From positions 608,001-672,000 of the forward strand of contig CBDBCR010000001.1 in the NCBI GenBank assembly GCA_965203465.1: a DNA stretch of 64,000 nucleotides, in the 5' to 3' direction. Origin of the DNA: Nitrosopumilaceae archaeon. GTDB lineage: Archaea > Thermoproteota > Nitrososphaeria > Nitrososphaerales > Nitrosopumilaceae. Both the position numbers and the translations under genes were made by a program. Each line of letters begins with the position of its first letter. Positions within the stretch are counted from its first letter, which is position 1. Shown here one piece after another: positions 46,301-61,300 of the stretch. A model generated the notes under the pieces. The model was given only the letters and a program-made list of their open reading frames with translations. It did not search any database and was not told where the DNA came from.

Positions 46301-49300
46301 AGGTCGGCCACGGCCCTGGACCTGTCCACCATAAGCGTCCAATTCACAAAGCAGGTCACGAGCGCGGCCGGCTCGGCAGACATGGCGGGGGCCTGGAGGC
46401 TCGGCGGGCCCGACTCGGAGCCGGGCGGCATACCGCTGACCTTTTCGGCCGCCACCTCGCTTTCGTCGGCGACCGACACGCTGGCCCTCACCATAAACGG
46501 CCGCCTGATATCGCCGGCCTCGGATGTCTACATAGGCTACGACGACTCGCGCGGCGTATCGATATCGGACGCCGGGGACTCGTCGCTGACCCTCTCGTCT
46601 GCAACCACGGTCATCGGGGGCGCCTCGACGTTCGAGGCCACCGCGACCGCCTCCAACACCATAACCGTGATCTTCAGCGATCCGGTGAGCGAGGCGGGCA
46701 CGTCCGGCCCCGGAGGCTGGTCGGTCTCGGGTCCCGACGCGGGCGCCCTCGAGGTCTCGGAGCGCACCGACATATCTGCGAGCTCCAGGACGCTGGTGCT
46801 CACGCTCGACGGCCACCTGACGTCGACGAACCCGGAAATAACGCTCGACTACGACGAGGCGGCGGGCGAGGTGCGCAACGAGCATTTCGAGATATCCGGG
46901 TCCGTACGAGTATCGGACGGCCTGGCCCCCAGGATATCTTCGGCCGAGGCCGTATCCTTTGAGACGATATCGGTATCGTTCAGCGAGCCGATGGCCCTCT
47001 CTGACACGCACGCGCACGGCTGGTCTATATCGGGGACCGACGCGGCGGGCCTTCACGTGGACCTGAGCACGGCCACGAGCGGCTCGGACGCGGTGGTACT
47101 GACCCTCGACGAGGAGCTGGCCGACGGGGCGCCCGACGGCGTGTACCTGAGGTACGAGACCTCTGGGCAAGACGTGGGGTCCGACGCGCTCTCCGGCGCC
47201 GGCGAGATATCCGACCTTGCCGGCAACGCCCTTGTGGCCGTCTCGTCGATCACGGTATCGGACGGCATAGCCCCGCAGTTTTCGGCCCGGATAACCGGCG
47301 ATACGCAGGTGACAGTCGACTTTACCGAGCCGGTCAGCAGCGCGGACAACTCTTACCTGCACTGGGAGTTTTCGCACGCGGACGGCTCGGCCCCGCACAC
47401 GGCCCCCCTGTCGGCCGCCTCGCTCTCGTCCCTTACCAGCTCCATGGCGCTGCAGCTCAACCGCGCCCTGCCGCTGCCGACTGCGGACCTGAGCATAGAG
47501 TACCTGGGCGTGGGCACGGTCTCGGACGGGGCCGGCAACGAGCTGGCCGCCGCCTCGGCGGAGGTATCGGAGGACAGGCGGCCGTTCATAGAATCGGCGC
47601 GGGCGACTGCGGCCGACACCGTCGTGGTCACCTTTACGAAGCCGGTCAGTAGCGCCGCGGCGCCTGCCGACCTGGCCGGCGCGTGGAGCGTGTCTGGCGG
47701 CGACGCCGACGCGCCTGCCCAGCTGGGGGTGCAGAGCGCCTCGTCGCTGCAGAACCCGACTCGCGCGCTCACGCTGACCTTGAGCGGCAGCCTGCCGGAT
47801 ACAAAGCCGGACGGCGTCTCGGTGGCCTACGATTCGACCCCGGACAGCGGGACCGCCGTGGCCGTATCGGACGCGGGCGGCGCGGCCCTGCTGGACGCGT
47901 CCGTTTCAGTATCGGACGGCATCGCGCCGACCTTTGCTGCCAGCTCGCCCGCCCCCGACAAGGTGCGCGTCGTGTTCAGCGAGCCGGTCTCCTACACGTC
48001 GACGCCGGCCGCGGCGACCTGGATATTGGGAGGGGCGGACTTGCCGCCCGGCGTGGCCGTCAGCGCGAATCCGGCAGTCTCTGGCGCAAGGACGGCCCTC
48101 TTGACGCTGAGCGGCAGCCTGAACGACCCGGTAGGGGATGTCACGCTGCGCTACGACGACGGCCCCGGCAACGCGCGGGATGCCTCGGGCAACGACCTCG
48201 AATCGGCGACCGCGCCGGTCGCCCGGGATCCGGCGCCGACCATAACGTCCGCCAAAGCCACCAAGATCAACGAGATAACGGTCACGTTCAGCAAGGCGGT
48301 CCTGACCTCGGACACCGAGGGCAGGGGCTGGTCTGTGTCGGGGACCGACGCGATCGCGCTGCACGTAGAGGCCAGCTCCGACGTTTCGGCCGGCTCTACA
48401 ACGGTGGTGCTGACCCTCGACGGCAACCTGGCAGACAGCGCGCCGGACGGCGTGCTGCTCCGGTACGAGACCGACGGCCGCGACATATCCGGCGATCTGG
48501 GCTCGGGGTCGGGCGGCATACGCGACTCCGCCTTCAACCCGCTGGCCGCGCGCTCGTCGATAACGGTCTCGGACGGCATACCGCCCACCATATCGGCGAG
48601 GACGGTGCCCGCGCAGAGCGTGATCTACGAGTTCAGCGAGAGCGTGAACCGGGGGAGCCAGCCGTTCACCGTCATCGGATACACGGGAGGCAACTGCGGC
48701 ACCACCCAGACGACCAACTCCGGCAACGGGTTCAGGTACAACGTGCTCAACGCCCAATGCCCGTTCTCGCCTTCCGAGCGCGGGCACTTTTTCCTGACAC
48801 TGAACGATATAACGGACAACGGGGGGAACCGGCTGGGCACGGGCAGGCTGGCCCTGCCCATCGACGACGGTATAGCCCCGACCATAACGAGATCCGAGGC
48901 CACGTCCCTTGACACCATAAGGGTCACGTTCAACGAGTCCGTGACCACCACGGATACGACCGGCAAGGGCTGGTCGATATCTGGAACGGACGCGGGCTCG
49001 CGCACCGTCGATTCGAGCACCGCGCTGGACGGCAACTCCGTGATACTGACGCTCTCGGATCCGCTGCCCGACACGAGGCCCGCCCTGAAGCTGAAATACG
49101 ACACGTCGGGCACCGACGCGGCCGGCGACCCCGGCTCGGGCTCCGGCGACATCACCGACCAGCCGTACACGTCCTTTGTCGTAAACGGCGTCACGATTCA
49201 GCGCAGCGACGTGGCGCAGTACCTGACCTTCCCGGAGTCGACGGGCAACCCGCTGGCCGATGTCGCGGAGGACTTTGTATTCGACGGCATCGCCCCGACG

Positions 49301-52300
49301 GCCTCGTTCGAGGTGACCGGCGACCGCACCATCACGGTCACGTTCAGCGAGACGGTCCAGGGCTCTGACAACGACAAGTCACACTGGTCCATCTCGGGCT
49401 CGGACGCTGCGGGCATACAGATCTCGTCTGTCTCGTCGCTCGCATCGTTTACGGACACCATGACCATAACGCTGGACAAGGATCTGCCCGCGCGGCTGAC
49501 CGACCTGAAACTGGCCTACGACGCCGGCGGCAACATAAACGACCTGAGCTTGCGCCTGGCCGCCTTTGCGGCCACGGCCGTCCCCGACGAGCGGGGCCCG
49601 TCGATAATGTCGGCGGTGGCAACCGGCCCCGACACGATACTGGTCACGTTCTCCAGGGCCGTGTCCAGCTCCGACGCCGACTCGGACCTGCTCTCGGCCT
49701 GGTCGCTGTCCGGAACAGACGCGACGGCAGGCGCGACACCGCTGACCGTATCGGCGGCCACGTCGCTCTCGCTGTCCACGAGCACGCTCGGGCTGACGCT
49801 GAGCGGCAACCTGCCCGACACCCGGCCCGACCTGGTATTGACGTACGATTCGACCCCGTCGCAGAGCACCACGGTTTCCATAACGGACGCGGGCTCCGAG
49901 GCGCTGCCCGACTCTTCGGTGGACGTGGGCGACGGCCTCGCGCCGTCCGTATCCTCGGCGCAGTACACCGGCAGGGGCACCGTCCTGGTGGAGTTCGGCG
50001 AGCCGGTAAAGCTCGAATCTGGCAACGCCCAGTCCGGCTGGACCGTATCGGGGACCGACATCGGAGCGGCTACGTCGGCCTCGCCGCCGGCGGGCCTGGC
50101 CACCTCGAGCGCCACCTCCGTGTCCCTGACGCTGGACGGCCAGCTGGCCGACAAGACCCTCTTGGACTTTACGCTCTCTTACCAGAGCGGCAACCTGGTA
50201 GACGAGAGCGGCAACGCCCTCGAGGCGTATTCGGAAAAGCCCGACGACGGCCTGGCCCCCCGGGTATTGTCGGCCGAGATCTTTACGGGCAACCAGGCCC
50301 GGATCACGTACAGCGAGCCGGTCACGGCCACCCTGCTGGACTACCAAGTCTCGGTGGGCGGGCAGGCCCGCAACGTGCCGATAATATTCGGCACCGGGAC
50401 CGACACGCACAGGGTGCAGTTCACCGGCACGGCCGGCACCGGCGCGACCGGCTTTCTGACGATCGACTCCAGGAGCGTCCTGGACGGCTCGGGCAACGCG
50501 CTGGGGGACAGCGCGGCGCTCCGGCAGAACCTGGCCGACGGGCAGAGCCCGACGGTCGCCTCGGCGACGGTGGCCGACCGCCGCACGATACAAGTGGCAT
50601 TTTCGGAGAGCGTGAGGCTGTCCGGCGCCGGCACAGCGCCGTTCGGCTGGGCCATATCGGGCGCGGACGCAAACAGCGCCGAGGTAGATTCGATATCGGA
50701 CATATCCGAGTCGGTCTCCGGGACGAGCGCCACGCTCACACTGGACAGGGACATCGCCGACACCACGAGCCCGTCTGTCGCCGTGGCGTACTCTGGCGGC
50801 AACATCGAGGACACGGCCGGCAACGCCCTTGCGGCCTACGCGGCGACGGCGGCGACCGACGGCATCGCGCCGTCCGTCTCTTCTGCAGAGTACGTCTCGC
50901 GCGACACCGTCCTGCTGACGTTCAGCGAGCCGGTGAGGCTCTCCTCTGCCGGCGCCCCGACCGGCTGGACCGTCTCGGGCGCCGACAGGGGCTCAGCGAC
51001 AGGCGCCGGCGCCGGCCAGGGCGACATCGCGCCGCTCACCGATCAGGTCTCGGCCTCTTCGGCGACGCTCACGCTCAACGGGAACCTGGCCGACAAGACC
51101 ATCCTGGACTTTACGCTCGCGTACTCTGGCGGCAACATCGAGGACGCGGCCGGCAACGCGCTGGGGCAGTACTCGGAAAGGCCGTCGGACGGCATAAGGC
51201 CCGAGATCGAATCGGCCGTGGCCGGCACGCTCAACTCGGTCACCGTGGTCTTCAGCGAGCCGGTGCTGGCCACCTCGACGGCGCCCTCGGAGACGTGGAC
51301 GCTGGGAGGCTCCGGCCGGCCCGCCTCCGTCGCGGTCAACGACAACCCGCCCATACCGACCGCCGCTACCCGCACCACCCTGGGGCTCAGCGGGAGCCTC
51401 AACGATCCGCTGGGGACAGTCACGCTGGCCTACGACGCGGGCACCGGCGACGTGAGGGACGAGTCGGGCAACGGCCTTGCCTCGTACACGGCCTCGGTCG
51501 TGCTGGACATGCCCCCGAGCGTATCGTCGGCCAGGGTCACCGGCCCCGACAGCGTGGTGATACAGTACAGCGAGCCGGTCGAGGCCGTACAGTCCGACTA
51601 TCGGTCGCTCGCCGTCGGTGGGCAGGCCCGCGCCGTGTCGGGCCTGTTGGGCGGCACGACCGCTACCCACACCATAACGTTCAGGGGAGAGGACCCGTTC
51701 GGCACCGACGCGACGGGCTCTGTATCCATAAACGCGCCCAACATAACGGACGCGACCGGCAACGCACTGGGCGCGGGCGTCATACAGCAGCCCCTCTCGG
51801 ACGGGCAGTCCCCGACCGTATCGGCAGAGTACACCGCGCGCAACTCGGTGGCGCTGACATTCAGCGAGCCTGTAAGGCTGTCCTCGGGCTCCGTGCCGGC
51901 CGGCTGGACGGTATCGGGGACCGACAAGGGCGCCGCCACGGCGGCCTCGTCCGTCTCGGTGATCACCACGTCGGTCACGTCCACTTCGGCGACGCTCACG
52001 CTCAACGGCCAGCTGGCCGACAAGACCCTGCTGGACTTTACGCTCTCGTACTCTGGCGGCAACATCGAGGACGACGACGGCAACGCCCTCGCCGCCTATT
52101 CGGCCACGCCGGACGACGGCATCGCGCCGACGGTATCCTCCGCAAAGTACACCTCGCGCAACATGGTGGACTTGGAGTTCAGCGAGCCGGTCAGGCTGTC
52201 CTCGGGCGGCGCGCCGACCGACTGGACCGTCTCGGGGACCGACAAGGGCGCCGCCACGGCGGCCTCGTCCGTCTCGGTCATAACGACCTCGGTCACGTCC

Positions 52301-55300
52301 ACTTCGACCACCCTGACGCTGGACGGGAACCTGGCAGACAAGACCGTTCTGGACTTTACCCTCGCGTACGCCGCAACCGGCAACATCGAGGACCAGGGCG
52401 GCAACGCCCTGGCCGCCTATTCGGCCACGCCGGACGACGGCATCGCGCCGAAAATAACGTCGGCAAAGGTCACCGGCCCCAACCAGATAACCGTAGCGTT
52501 CAGCGAGCACGTGTTCACGCAGGGGTCGCACTATTCGTCGATCGTCGTGGACGGGGCCGGCCGCGGCATATCGGGCTCCCAGACCGGCCGGACCGTCGCC
52601 GCCGTCATCAGCTTCGACGGCGCGGCGGCCGGCACCGGCGCGGCGGGCGACCTGACCATCAACGCCGGCCAGGTCGTGGACGACGCCAACAACGCGCTCG
52701 GGACGCAGGCCGCGCTCCCCGTGACCCTGACCGACGGGCAGGCGCCGACGTTCACCGCGGAGGCGACCGGACTGGACGAGATAACGGTCACCTTCAGCGA
52801 GAGCCTCTCGATATCCGACGAGACGGCGCGGGGCTGGTCGGTATCCGGGGCGGACGCGACGGGGCGCACCGTCGATTCGAGCACCCCCGTCTCGAACGGC
52901 GATACCGTCGTGCTCACGCTCAGCTCCGATCTGGAAGACACGAGGCCGGACGGCGTGCTGCTCAGGTACGAGGTGTCGGGCACCGACGTATCGGGCGATC
53001 CGGGCTCGGGCTCCGGTACGATAGCCGATTCGGCGTCCAACGCGCTGGCCGCTATATCGTCCGTGACCGTATCGGACGGCATAGCCCCCGAGGTCTCTTC
53101 TGCAAAGTACACCGCGCGCAACTCCGTGGAACTGAGCTTCAGCGAGCCTGTCAGGCTGTCTTCGGCCGGCGCGCCGACCGGATGGTCGGCATCGGGGGCC
53201 GACGTGGTATCGTCCCCCACGGCCGGCTCTGCCATATCGGTGCTGACCGCCTCGGCCACGGCCACCTCGGCGACGCTGACCCTCGACAGCAACTTGGCCG
53301 ACAAGACGAGCCTGGACTTTACTCTCTCGTACGACGAGGCTGCCGGCAACATCGAGGACGAAAGCGACAACGCCCTGGCGCGGTATTCGGAAAAGCCCGA
53401 CGACGGCCTCGCCCCGCGGATAACGTCGGCAAAGGCCACCGGCTTGGACCAGATAACCGTCACGTTCAGCGAAAACATGAACATATCGGACACGACCGCG
53501 CAGGGGTGGTCCGTATCAGGGACCGACGCGGCGGGGCGCACCGTCGATTCGAGCACCGCCGTCTCGAACGGCGACACCGTGGTGCTCACGCTCGGCTCGG
53601 ACATGGAGGATACGAAGCCGGACGGCGTGCTGCTCCAGTACAAGACCTCTTCGGGCGACGTGGGCAGCGACCCCGGCTCGGGCTCCGGCGCGATAGCCGA
53701 CCCGTCGTCCAACGCCCTGGCGGCCCGCCAAAGCATACCGGTATCGGACGGCATAGCGCCGACGGCCACCGCCGAGGCCACGGCGCTCGACCGGATAACC
53801 GTCACGTTCAGCGAGCCGGTCTCGGTGCCGGCCAACGCGCAAGGGTGGTCTATCTCGGGGACCGACGCCGCCGGCCTGGACGTGACGGCGAGCACGTCCA
53901 CCTCGAGCGGCCTCTCGACGGTGCTCACGCTCTCCGGGAACCTGGCCGATACGAACCCGGACAACGCGGTATTGCGCTACAAGACCTCGGCGGGCAACGT
54001 GGGCAGCGACGCGGATTCGGGCTCGGGCGCCATCGGAGATCCCGACTCCAACGCGCTGGCCGCGCGCCAAAGCATGCCGGTATCGGACGGCCTGGCCCCG
54101 ACGGCCTCGTTCGCCTTGACGGACGACCGCGCCATCACGGTGTCGTTCAGCGAACCGGTATCCAGCCCGGACAACGACGCCTCGCACTGGTCTATTTCGG
54201 GGGCCGACGCGTCCGGCCTGGCCGTCTCGTCCGTATCTTCGCTCACCTCGGCGACCGGCTCCATGACCGTCGCGCTCGACGGGGACGTGCCGGTGCCGTC
54301 AGCCGATCTGAAACTGGCGTACTCGGCCGGCGGCACGATAAGCGACGGCGCCTCGCTAGTTTTGGCGGCCGTGCCGGCGGCGGCCGTGCAGGACGACAGG
54401 CGGCCGTCGATCATGTCGGCCAAGGCCGTCAACCCGGCCGCCACGGGCCCGTCGACGATCGTGGTCGTGTTTACCAGGGAGGTGTCCAGCTCGAACAACC
54501 CGTCCGATATACCCTCGGCTTGGTCGGTCTCCGGCACCGACGCGACTGTCAACGGCAGCGCGCTGGCAGTATCGGGCGCGTCCTCGCTCTCGGTATCCAC
54601 AAAGACGCTCACGCTCACGCTAGACGGCCGCCTGCCCGACACTAGGCCGGATCTGGATCTCGCGTACGACTCGACCCCCGCTTCGGGAACGGCCGTGTCC
54701 ATAGCCGACGCCAACTCCAGGGCCATGGCCGACGCGTCGGTTGCGGTAGCCGACGGCATCGCGCCGGCCGTGGAAAAGGCAGAGATCACGGGGCCGACCA
54801 CGATAACGATAACGTACGGCGAGGCCGTCACCGCAGGCGCGGCGGCCTATTCGCCGCCGACTGTGGACAACTATTTCCGCTCCGCGCCGACCGTTTCGGG
54901 CAGCGGTACCGCGGTGCACACCCTGACGTTCACGACCCCGTCGGGGACGCCGGCTGTGGGCACCGGGGCCGCCGGTTCGGTGACCATCGCCGAAGCAGAG
55001 ATAACCGACGAGTCGGGCAATGCCATGATGAGGACGACGGGCGCGCGGATGCAGCCTCTGGCGGACGGGCAGGCGCCTACGTTTACCGCAAAGGCCACCG
55101 AACTGGACAAGATAACGGTCACCTTCAGCGAGCCTCTCACGGTACTGGGCACCAACGCGCAAGGCTGGTCGGTCTCGGGCGGCGACGCCGCCGACCGCAC
55201 AGTCGATTCGAGCACTTCGGTCACGAGCGGCACGACCATGGTGCTCACGCTCAGCTCGGACATGGACGACACGAAGCCGGACGGCGTGCTGCTCCAGTAC

Positions 55301-58300
55301 AAGATATCTTCGGGCGACGTGGGCAGCGACGCCAATTCGGGCTCGGGCGCCATAGCCGACCCGTCGTCCAACGCCCTGGCGGCGCGCGCGAACATCACGG
55401 TATTGGACGGCATAGCGCCGGCCGTGGTGTCTTCCAAGATCACCGGACCGAACACGATAACGGTAACGTACGGCGAGGCCGTCACGGCGACAACCGCGCA
55501 CTATGCACCGACGGTCGGAACCGCCCGCGCCGTGTCCGCCTTGGCCGGCAGCGGGACGGCGGTGCACACCCTGACGTTCGGCGGGGACGCGGCGGGCACC
55601 GGGGATACGGGCACCGTATCCATCGACGCCGCGCAGGTAAAGGATACGTCGGACAACGCCCTGGGGACGTCGGCCATATCGCGGAATCTGGACGACGGGC
55701 AGAGCCCGGAGGTCTCCTCGGCGACGGTGACCGACAGGCGCACCGTATCGGTGACCTTCTCGGAGGACGTAAAGCTGTCGGGAACGGCGGCCGCGCCGTA
55801 CGGCTGGACGCTGTCCGGCGCGGACGCGAACAGCAGGCAGGTATCGTCCGTGTCGGGGATCGACACCAATACCGCGGCCGGCACGGCCACGCTGACCCTC
55901 GACGGCGACATAGCCGACAAGACCGATCCGGCAGTCACTGTGGCCTACTCGGGCGCCAGCATCGTCGATTCGGAGGGCAACCCGCTTGCGGCCTACGCGG
56001 CGACGGCGGCCGACGACGGCATCGCGCCGACGCTCACGGCGAGGGCCACCTCGCTTACCACCATAGAGGTCACCTTCAGCGAGCCCGTCGACGCGCCGGC
56101 CACCAACGCGCAAGGGTGGTCGATATCGGGTACCGACGCTCCGAGCCTGCAGGTAATTTCGAGCACGGCCACCTCGAGCGGCCTCTCGACGGTGCTGACC
56201 CTCTCTGGGAGCCTCGCGGACACCAACCCGGACAACGCGGTGCTGCGCTACAAGACTTCCGCAGGGGACGTGCCGGGCGACGCCGCTTCGGGCTCGGGCG
56301 CCATCGAGGATCTGGCGTCCAACGCGCTGGCGGCGCGCCAAAACGTACCGGTATCGGACGGCATCGCGCCGGCCATCGAGCTGGCCGAATCGCGCGAGGC
56401 CGACAAGATAACGGTCGTCTTTTCGGAGAGCGTCTCGGGGACGGCCACCGGCGCCGGCACGTGGGCGCTTTCGGGCTCCGGCGCCGGAGGCCGCACGATC
56501 GGCTACGCCGCGTTTTCGGGCACGAGCGTGGTGCTGAGCGTCTCGTCGGCGTTCCCCGAGCCCATAGGCGAGGTGACCCTTTCGTATTCGAGCTCTGCGG
56601 GCGACATAAAGGACGGCGCGGACATCGATCTTGCGTCTGTAGCCACGACCGTCACGCAGAACCTGGCGCCGACCATCGCCTCGGCGGAGGCCACGGCGCC
56701 CGGCGAGATCACAGTCACGTTCAGCGAAACGGTATCCGGCACCGCCACCGACGCGGGCGGCACGTGGAAGCTGAGCGGGACCGACGCCGGCTCGATCGCG
56801 GTAACCCAGTACCCCGGCGTCTCGTCGAACGCGGTGATCCTGGGCATTTCGCCTGCCCTGACCACGACGTCGCCGTCGCTCCAGCTGCAGTACATACGGG
56901 GCCCGGGCGACATACAGGATTCCACAAACAAGCCGCTCGCCTCTACTACGTCGCCGCACGTGACGGTGTCGGACGGCATCGCGCCGGCCGTAAAGTCCGC
57001 CAAAGCCACCTCCCTGCGCGAGATAACCGTGGAGTTCAGCGAAGACCTGTCCGTATCCGGCACGAACGCGCAAGGCTGGTCGGTCTCGGGCGGCGACGCC
57101 GCCGGCCGCACAGTCGATTCGAGCACCGCCGTCTCGAGCGGCGACACCGTGGTGCTCACTCTCAGCTCCGACATGGACGACACGAAGCCGGACGGCGTTG
57201 TATTGCAGTACAAGACATCTTCGGGCGACGTGGGCAGCGACGCCAATTCGGGCTCCGGCGCGATAGCCGACCCGTCGTCCAACGCCCTGGCGGCGCGCGC
57301 GAACATACCCGTATCGGACGGCATAGCGCCGGCCGTGGTGTCTTCCAAGATCACCGGACCGAACACGATAACGGTAACGTACGGCGAGGCCGTCACGGCT
57401 ACGGCCTCAAACTATACGCCGACGGTCGGAACCGCCCGCGCCGTGTCCGCCTTGGCCGGCAGCGGGACGGCGGTGCACACCATGACGTTCGGCGGGGCCG
57501 TGGCGGGCACCGGGGATACGGGCACCGTATCCATCGACGCCGCGCAGGTAAATGACGGATCGGACAACGCCTTGGGGACGTCGGCCATATCGCGGAATCT
57601 GGACGACGGGCAGAGCCCGGCGGTCGCATCCGTGACGGTGACCGACAGGCGCACCCTGTCGGTGGCGTTCTCCGAGGCAGTGCAGCTGTCCGGCGCCGGC
57701 ACGAAGCCGTTCGGCTGGACGCTGTCCGGCGCGGACGCGGGCTCGGTGCAGGTGGACTCGGTTGGCGGGATAACGCAGAGCGCCTCGGCCACCACGGCCA
57801 CGCTTGCCCTCGACGGCGACATAGCCGACAAGACCGACCCCGCGATCACGGTGGCGTACTCTGGCGGCAACATAGCGGATACGGCCGGCAACGCCCTGGC
57901 AGACTACGCGGCCGCGACGGCCACGGACGGCATCGCGCCCGCGGTGACCTCCGTTACGGTCACGTCGCGCAACACGATAGACGTGGAGTTTTCAGAACCG
58001 GTGCGGCTGGATCCGGCCGGCGCCCCGACCGGCTGGACCCTGTCGGGCGCCGACGCGGACAGCAGGACGGTCTCGACCATAGGCTTCGGCTCCTCCGCGA
58101 GAACCGCCACCCTGACTTTGAACGGCAACATTGCAGACAAGACGAATCCGGCAGTCACCGTGGCGTACGCGGACAGCGGCAACTTGGAGGATCTGGCCGG
58201 CAACGCCCTGGCGGCATACGCGGCCGCGACGGCCACGGACGGCATCGCGCCCGCGGTGACTTCGGCGACCGTAGATTCGCGCAACACGATATCTGTGGCG

Positions 58301-61300
58301 TTTTCAGAACCGGTGCGGCTGGATCCGGCCGGCGCCCCGACCGGCTGGACCCTGTCGGGCGCCGACGCGGACAGCAGGCTCGTATCGACCATCGCGTTCG
58401 GCTCCCCGGCCAGCACCGCGACGCTGACCCTCGACGGCAACATCGTGGACAAGACCGACCCCTCGATCACCGTGGCGTACGCGGCCGGCGGCAACCTCGA
58501 GGATTCGGCGGGCAACTCGCTTGCGGCCTACTCGGCGGCGGCAGGCGACGGCATAGCGCCGGTCATACTCTCCGCCGAGTCGCGCGAGCTGGACAAGATA
58601 ACGGTGACGTTCAGCGAGGCCATGGACGCCACGCAGACCAACGCCGCGAACACCTGGACGCTGGGCGGCGCGGACAGGCCGGCGACGGTGGAGGTGAGCG
58701 GCAACCCGGCCATAACGACGGACACCACCACGCTGGAGCTGAGCGGCGACCTCGACGATCCGATCGGAACCGTCACGCTCCGCTACAACGCCGGCGCCGG
58801 CGACGCCGAGGACAAGTCGGACAACGCGCTGGCCTCGCAGACGGTCACGGTCACGCAGAACCTGGCGCCGCTCATAGCGTCGGCAGAGGCCACCTCGCTG
58901 GATTCCATCACTGTTACCTTCAGCGAGGCGGTCCGCGGAACCTCCACCAATCCGGACGGCACCTGGAAACTGGACGGGGCCGACGCGGGAACCATCACCG
59001 TGTCGCGGTACCCGGCCCCGTCCGGCACCTCCCTGGTGCTGGGCCTGTCCGGCGAGCTGCCCGACACCGACCCCGGCCTGAGCCTCCAGTACGTGCGGAA
59101 CCCGGGAGACGTTGAGGATCTGACCGGCACGCCGCTCGAATCCACGCAGTCGCCGCACGTGACAGTCTCGGACGGCATCGCGCCGGCCCTCTCGTCGGCG
59201 GCGCTAAACGAGGGCACCGGGGTATTGACGCTTACTTTCACAGAGACGGTAGACGTCTCGGAGATGAACGAGGCGGCTATATACGTGCGCGAGGCGGGCG
59301 CATCTTCGGGCGGCGTGGCCCTCTCGGCTTCGGCGCGCACCACCGCGGCGGATTCCGCGGCCGTCTCGTTCACGCTCTCCGAGCAGAACAGGCAGGCGGT
59401 CATCGCCATGGCCACCCCGCAGCTGGACATGGGCGCCGGGGCCGTGAGAGACCAGAGCTCCAACTCTTCGGCGGCCGCCTCCGACAGGCCGATAGCCGCC
59501 GAGCCGGACACCGTGCGTCCGCAGCTCCAGTCCGCTTCCCTTGACGAGGGCGCCGGCACCATCGTGCTCACGTTCGACGAAAAGATGGCGACGCCGACCG
59601 CGGCGCAGGCGGCCCGCGTCGAGATCGGGACTTCGGGCGCCAACATTGTATTCGCCGAGGCCGACATAGCCTCGGCCGTCCTGGACAGCGCGGGAACCAC
59701 GGTAACCATAACCGTGTCGGAGGCAAAGCGCCAGGAGATAATAGCGGCCGCGCCGTCCGACATAGACCTGCTGTCCGGCGGCCTGCGCGATGTGTCCAGC
59801 GCCGATGCCTCCTCTTCGGGGACCGCGTTGACGGCCACGCCCGACACGACAAGGCCCGCGCTCGCCTCGGCGGTATTGAACACCGACGACGGTGTGCTGG
59901 TGCTGAGTTTCAGCGAGACGATGGACGCCTCGTCGTTTGCGGGCGAGCTTGCCAAGGTCTCGGTGAACACGCCGGGCGACCCGGTGCGGCTTGCGGGGAC
60001 CGCGCGCGCCGACGGCACCAACGTCATAGTGACGCTCGACCCCGACGTGCTCCGGTCGCTGCTGGCCGTCATATCGGCCGCGCCCAACGCCGGCGCGCCC
60101 GGCCTGCTCTCGCTGGCGGTGCCGGGAGCCGCGCCGCAGTTCGCCGACACGTCGGGCAACGCCGTCACGGCCGTATCGGGCAATATTTTGATAGAGGACG
60201 GCCGGCCGCCATCGATGGTATCGGCTTCCGTGACAAGCTCGGACACCATCGTGGTGCGGTTCAGCGAAGACCTGGCCGACGGCACGGTGCAGACGTCGGA
60301 CTTTTCGGTTCCCGGGTACGACGTATCGTCGGTCTCCGAGCTGTCCGGGACCGTCACGATCACCATGGCCAACCCGGACACGTTCACCATGCGCGACGCG
60401 CCGGGCGTCAGGACGGCCGGGCCCGTCTCGGACCTGTTCGGCAATACGCTGGAGCCGGGCGCCCGGATACAGTCGGTCAACGCGATAATGCCCGTCATGA
60501 TATCGCAGTTTACCGTCTCGCACGACGGGCCGGCAAAGGCGGGCGACCGGATACAGATAACGTTCCGCGCCCAGGGCACGGTGGCCATGGACGCGGCGCT
60601 GCGCGTCAACGGCCAGGCGGTGGCGACTGTCTCGGCAGAGAACGGCTTCGACGCGACCTACACGGTTCCGGCCGGCGCCCCGCAGGGCCCGCTAAAACTG
60701 TACGTCGAGATAGTCTCGGGCACCGGCACGCCGACCGAATTCTCGGAAAGGGACCTTACGGGGCCCAACGCGGTCGTGGACACCGTGCCGCCCTCGGTCG
60801 TGTACGCGTCGATAGCCGGGATCGACTCGGTTACCGTCATTTACAGCGAGCCGGTGACCGCCTCTGCCTCCGACTATGCGGGCATCGAGGCCGACGGCGC
60901 CTCCCCCGTGCCCGCCTCGGGCGTGCTCGGCTCGGGGTCCAAGTCGATACTGGTCTCGTGGTCAGGGGGCGGCGCCACGCCGTCGTCCGTGAGGCTGACG
61001 GCCGGCGCGGTCACCGACGCTGCGGGCAACGCGGCGGCCCCCTCGCAGGTAACCGCCGCGGCGGCGCGAACCGAAGTCACGCTCGAAGAGCCGGGCATAC
61101 CGCTGGCCCGCGGCACCGTGGTCGGGACGGTCACGGCGCCCTCTGGGATAGAGCCGGTGGTCGACGTGTCCTCGTTCACGGGGACCGTGACGGATCCGGC
61201 CGTGATCGGCGCCGGCGGCGGCTCGGCCGTCTTCGATTCAGAGCTGCGCATCGTGACCCGCACGTTCGGGCTGCCGGACGCCACGTTCCCGGCCGGCACG

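Noticed and set aside
55155-57620. Diversity-generating retroelement template/variable repeat pair
   Set aside because: Both copies are in-frame internal repeats, differences are not adenine-specific by eye, and no reverse transcriptase is present in the window
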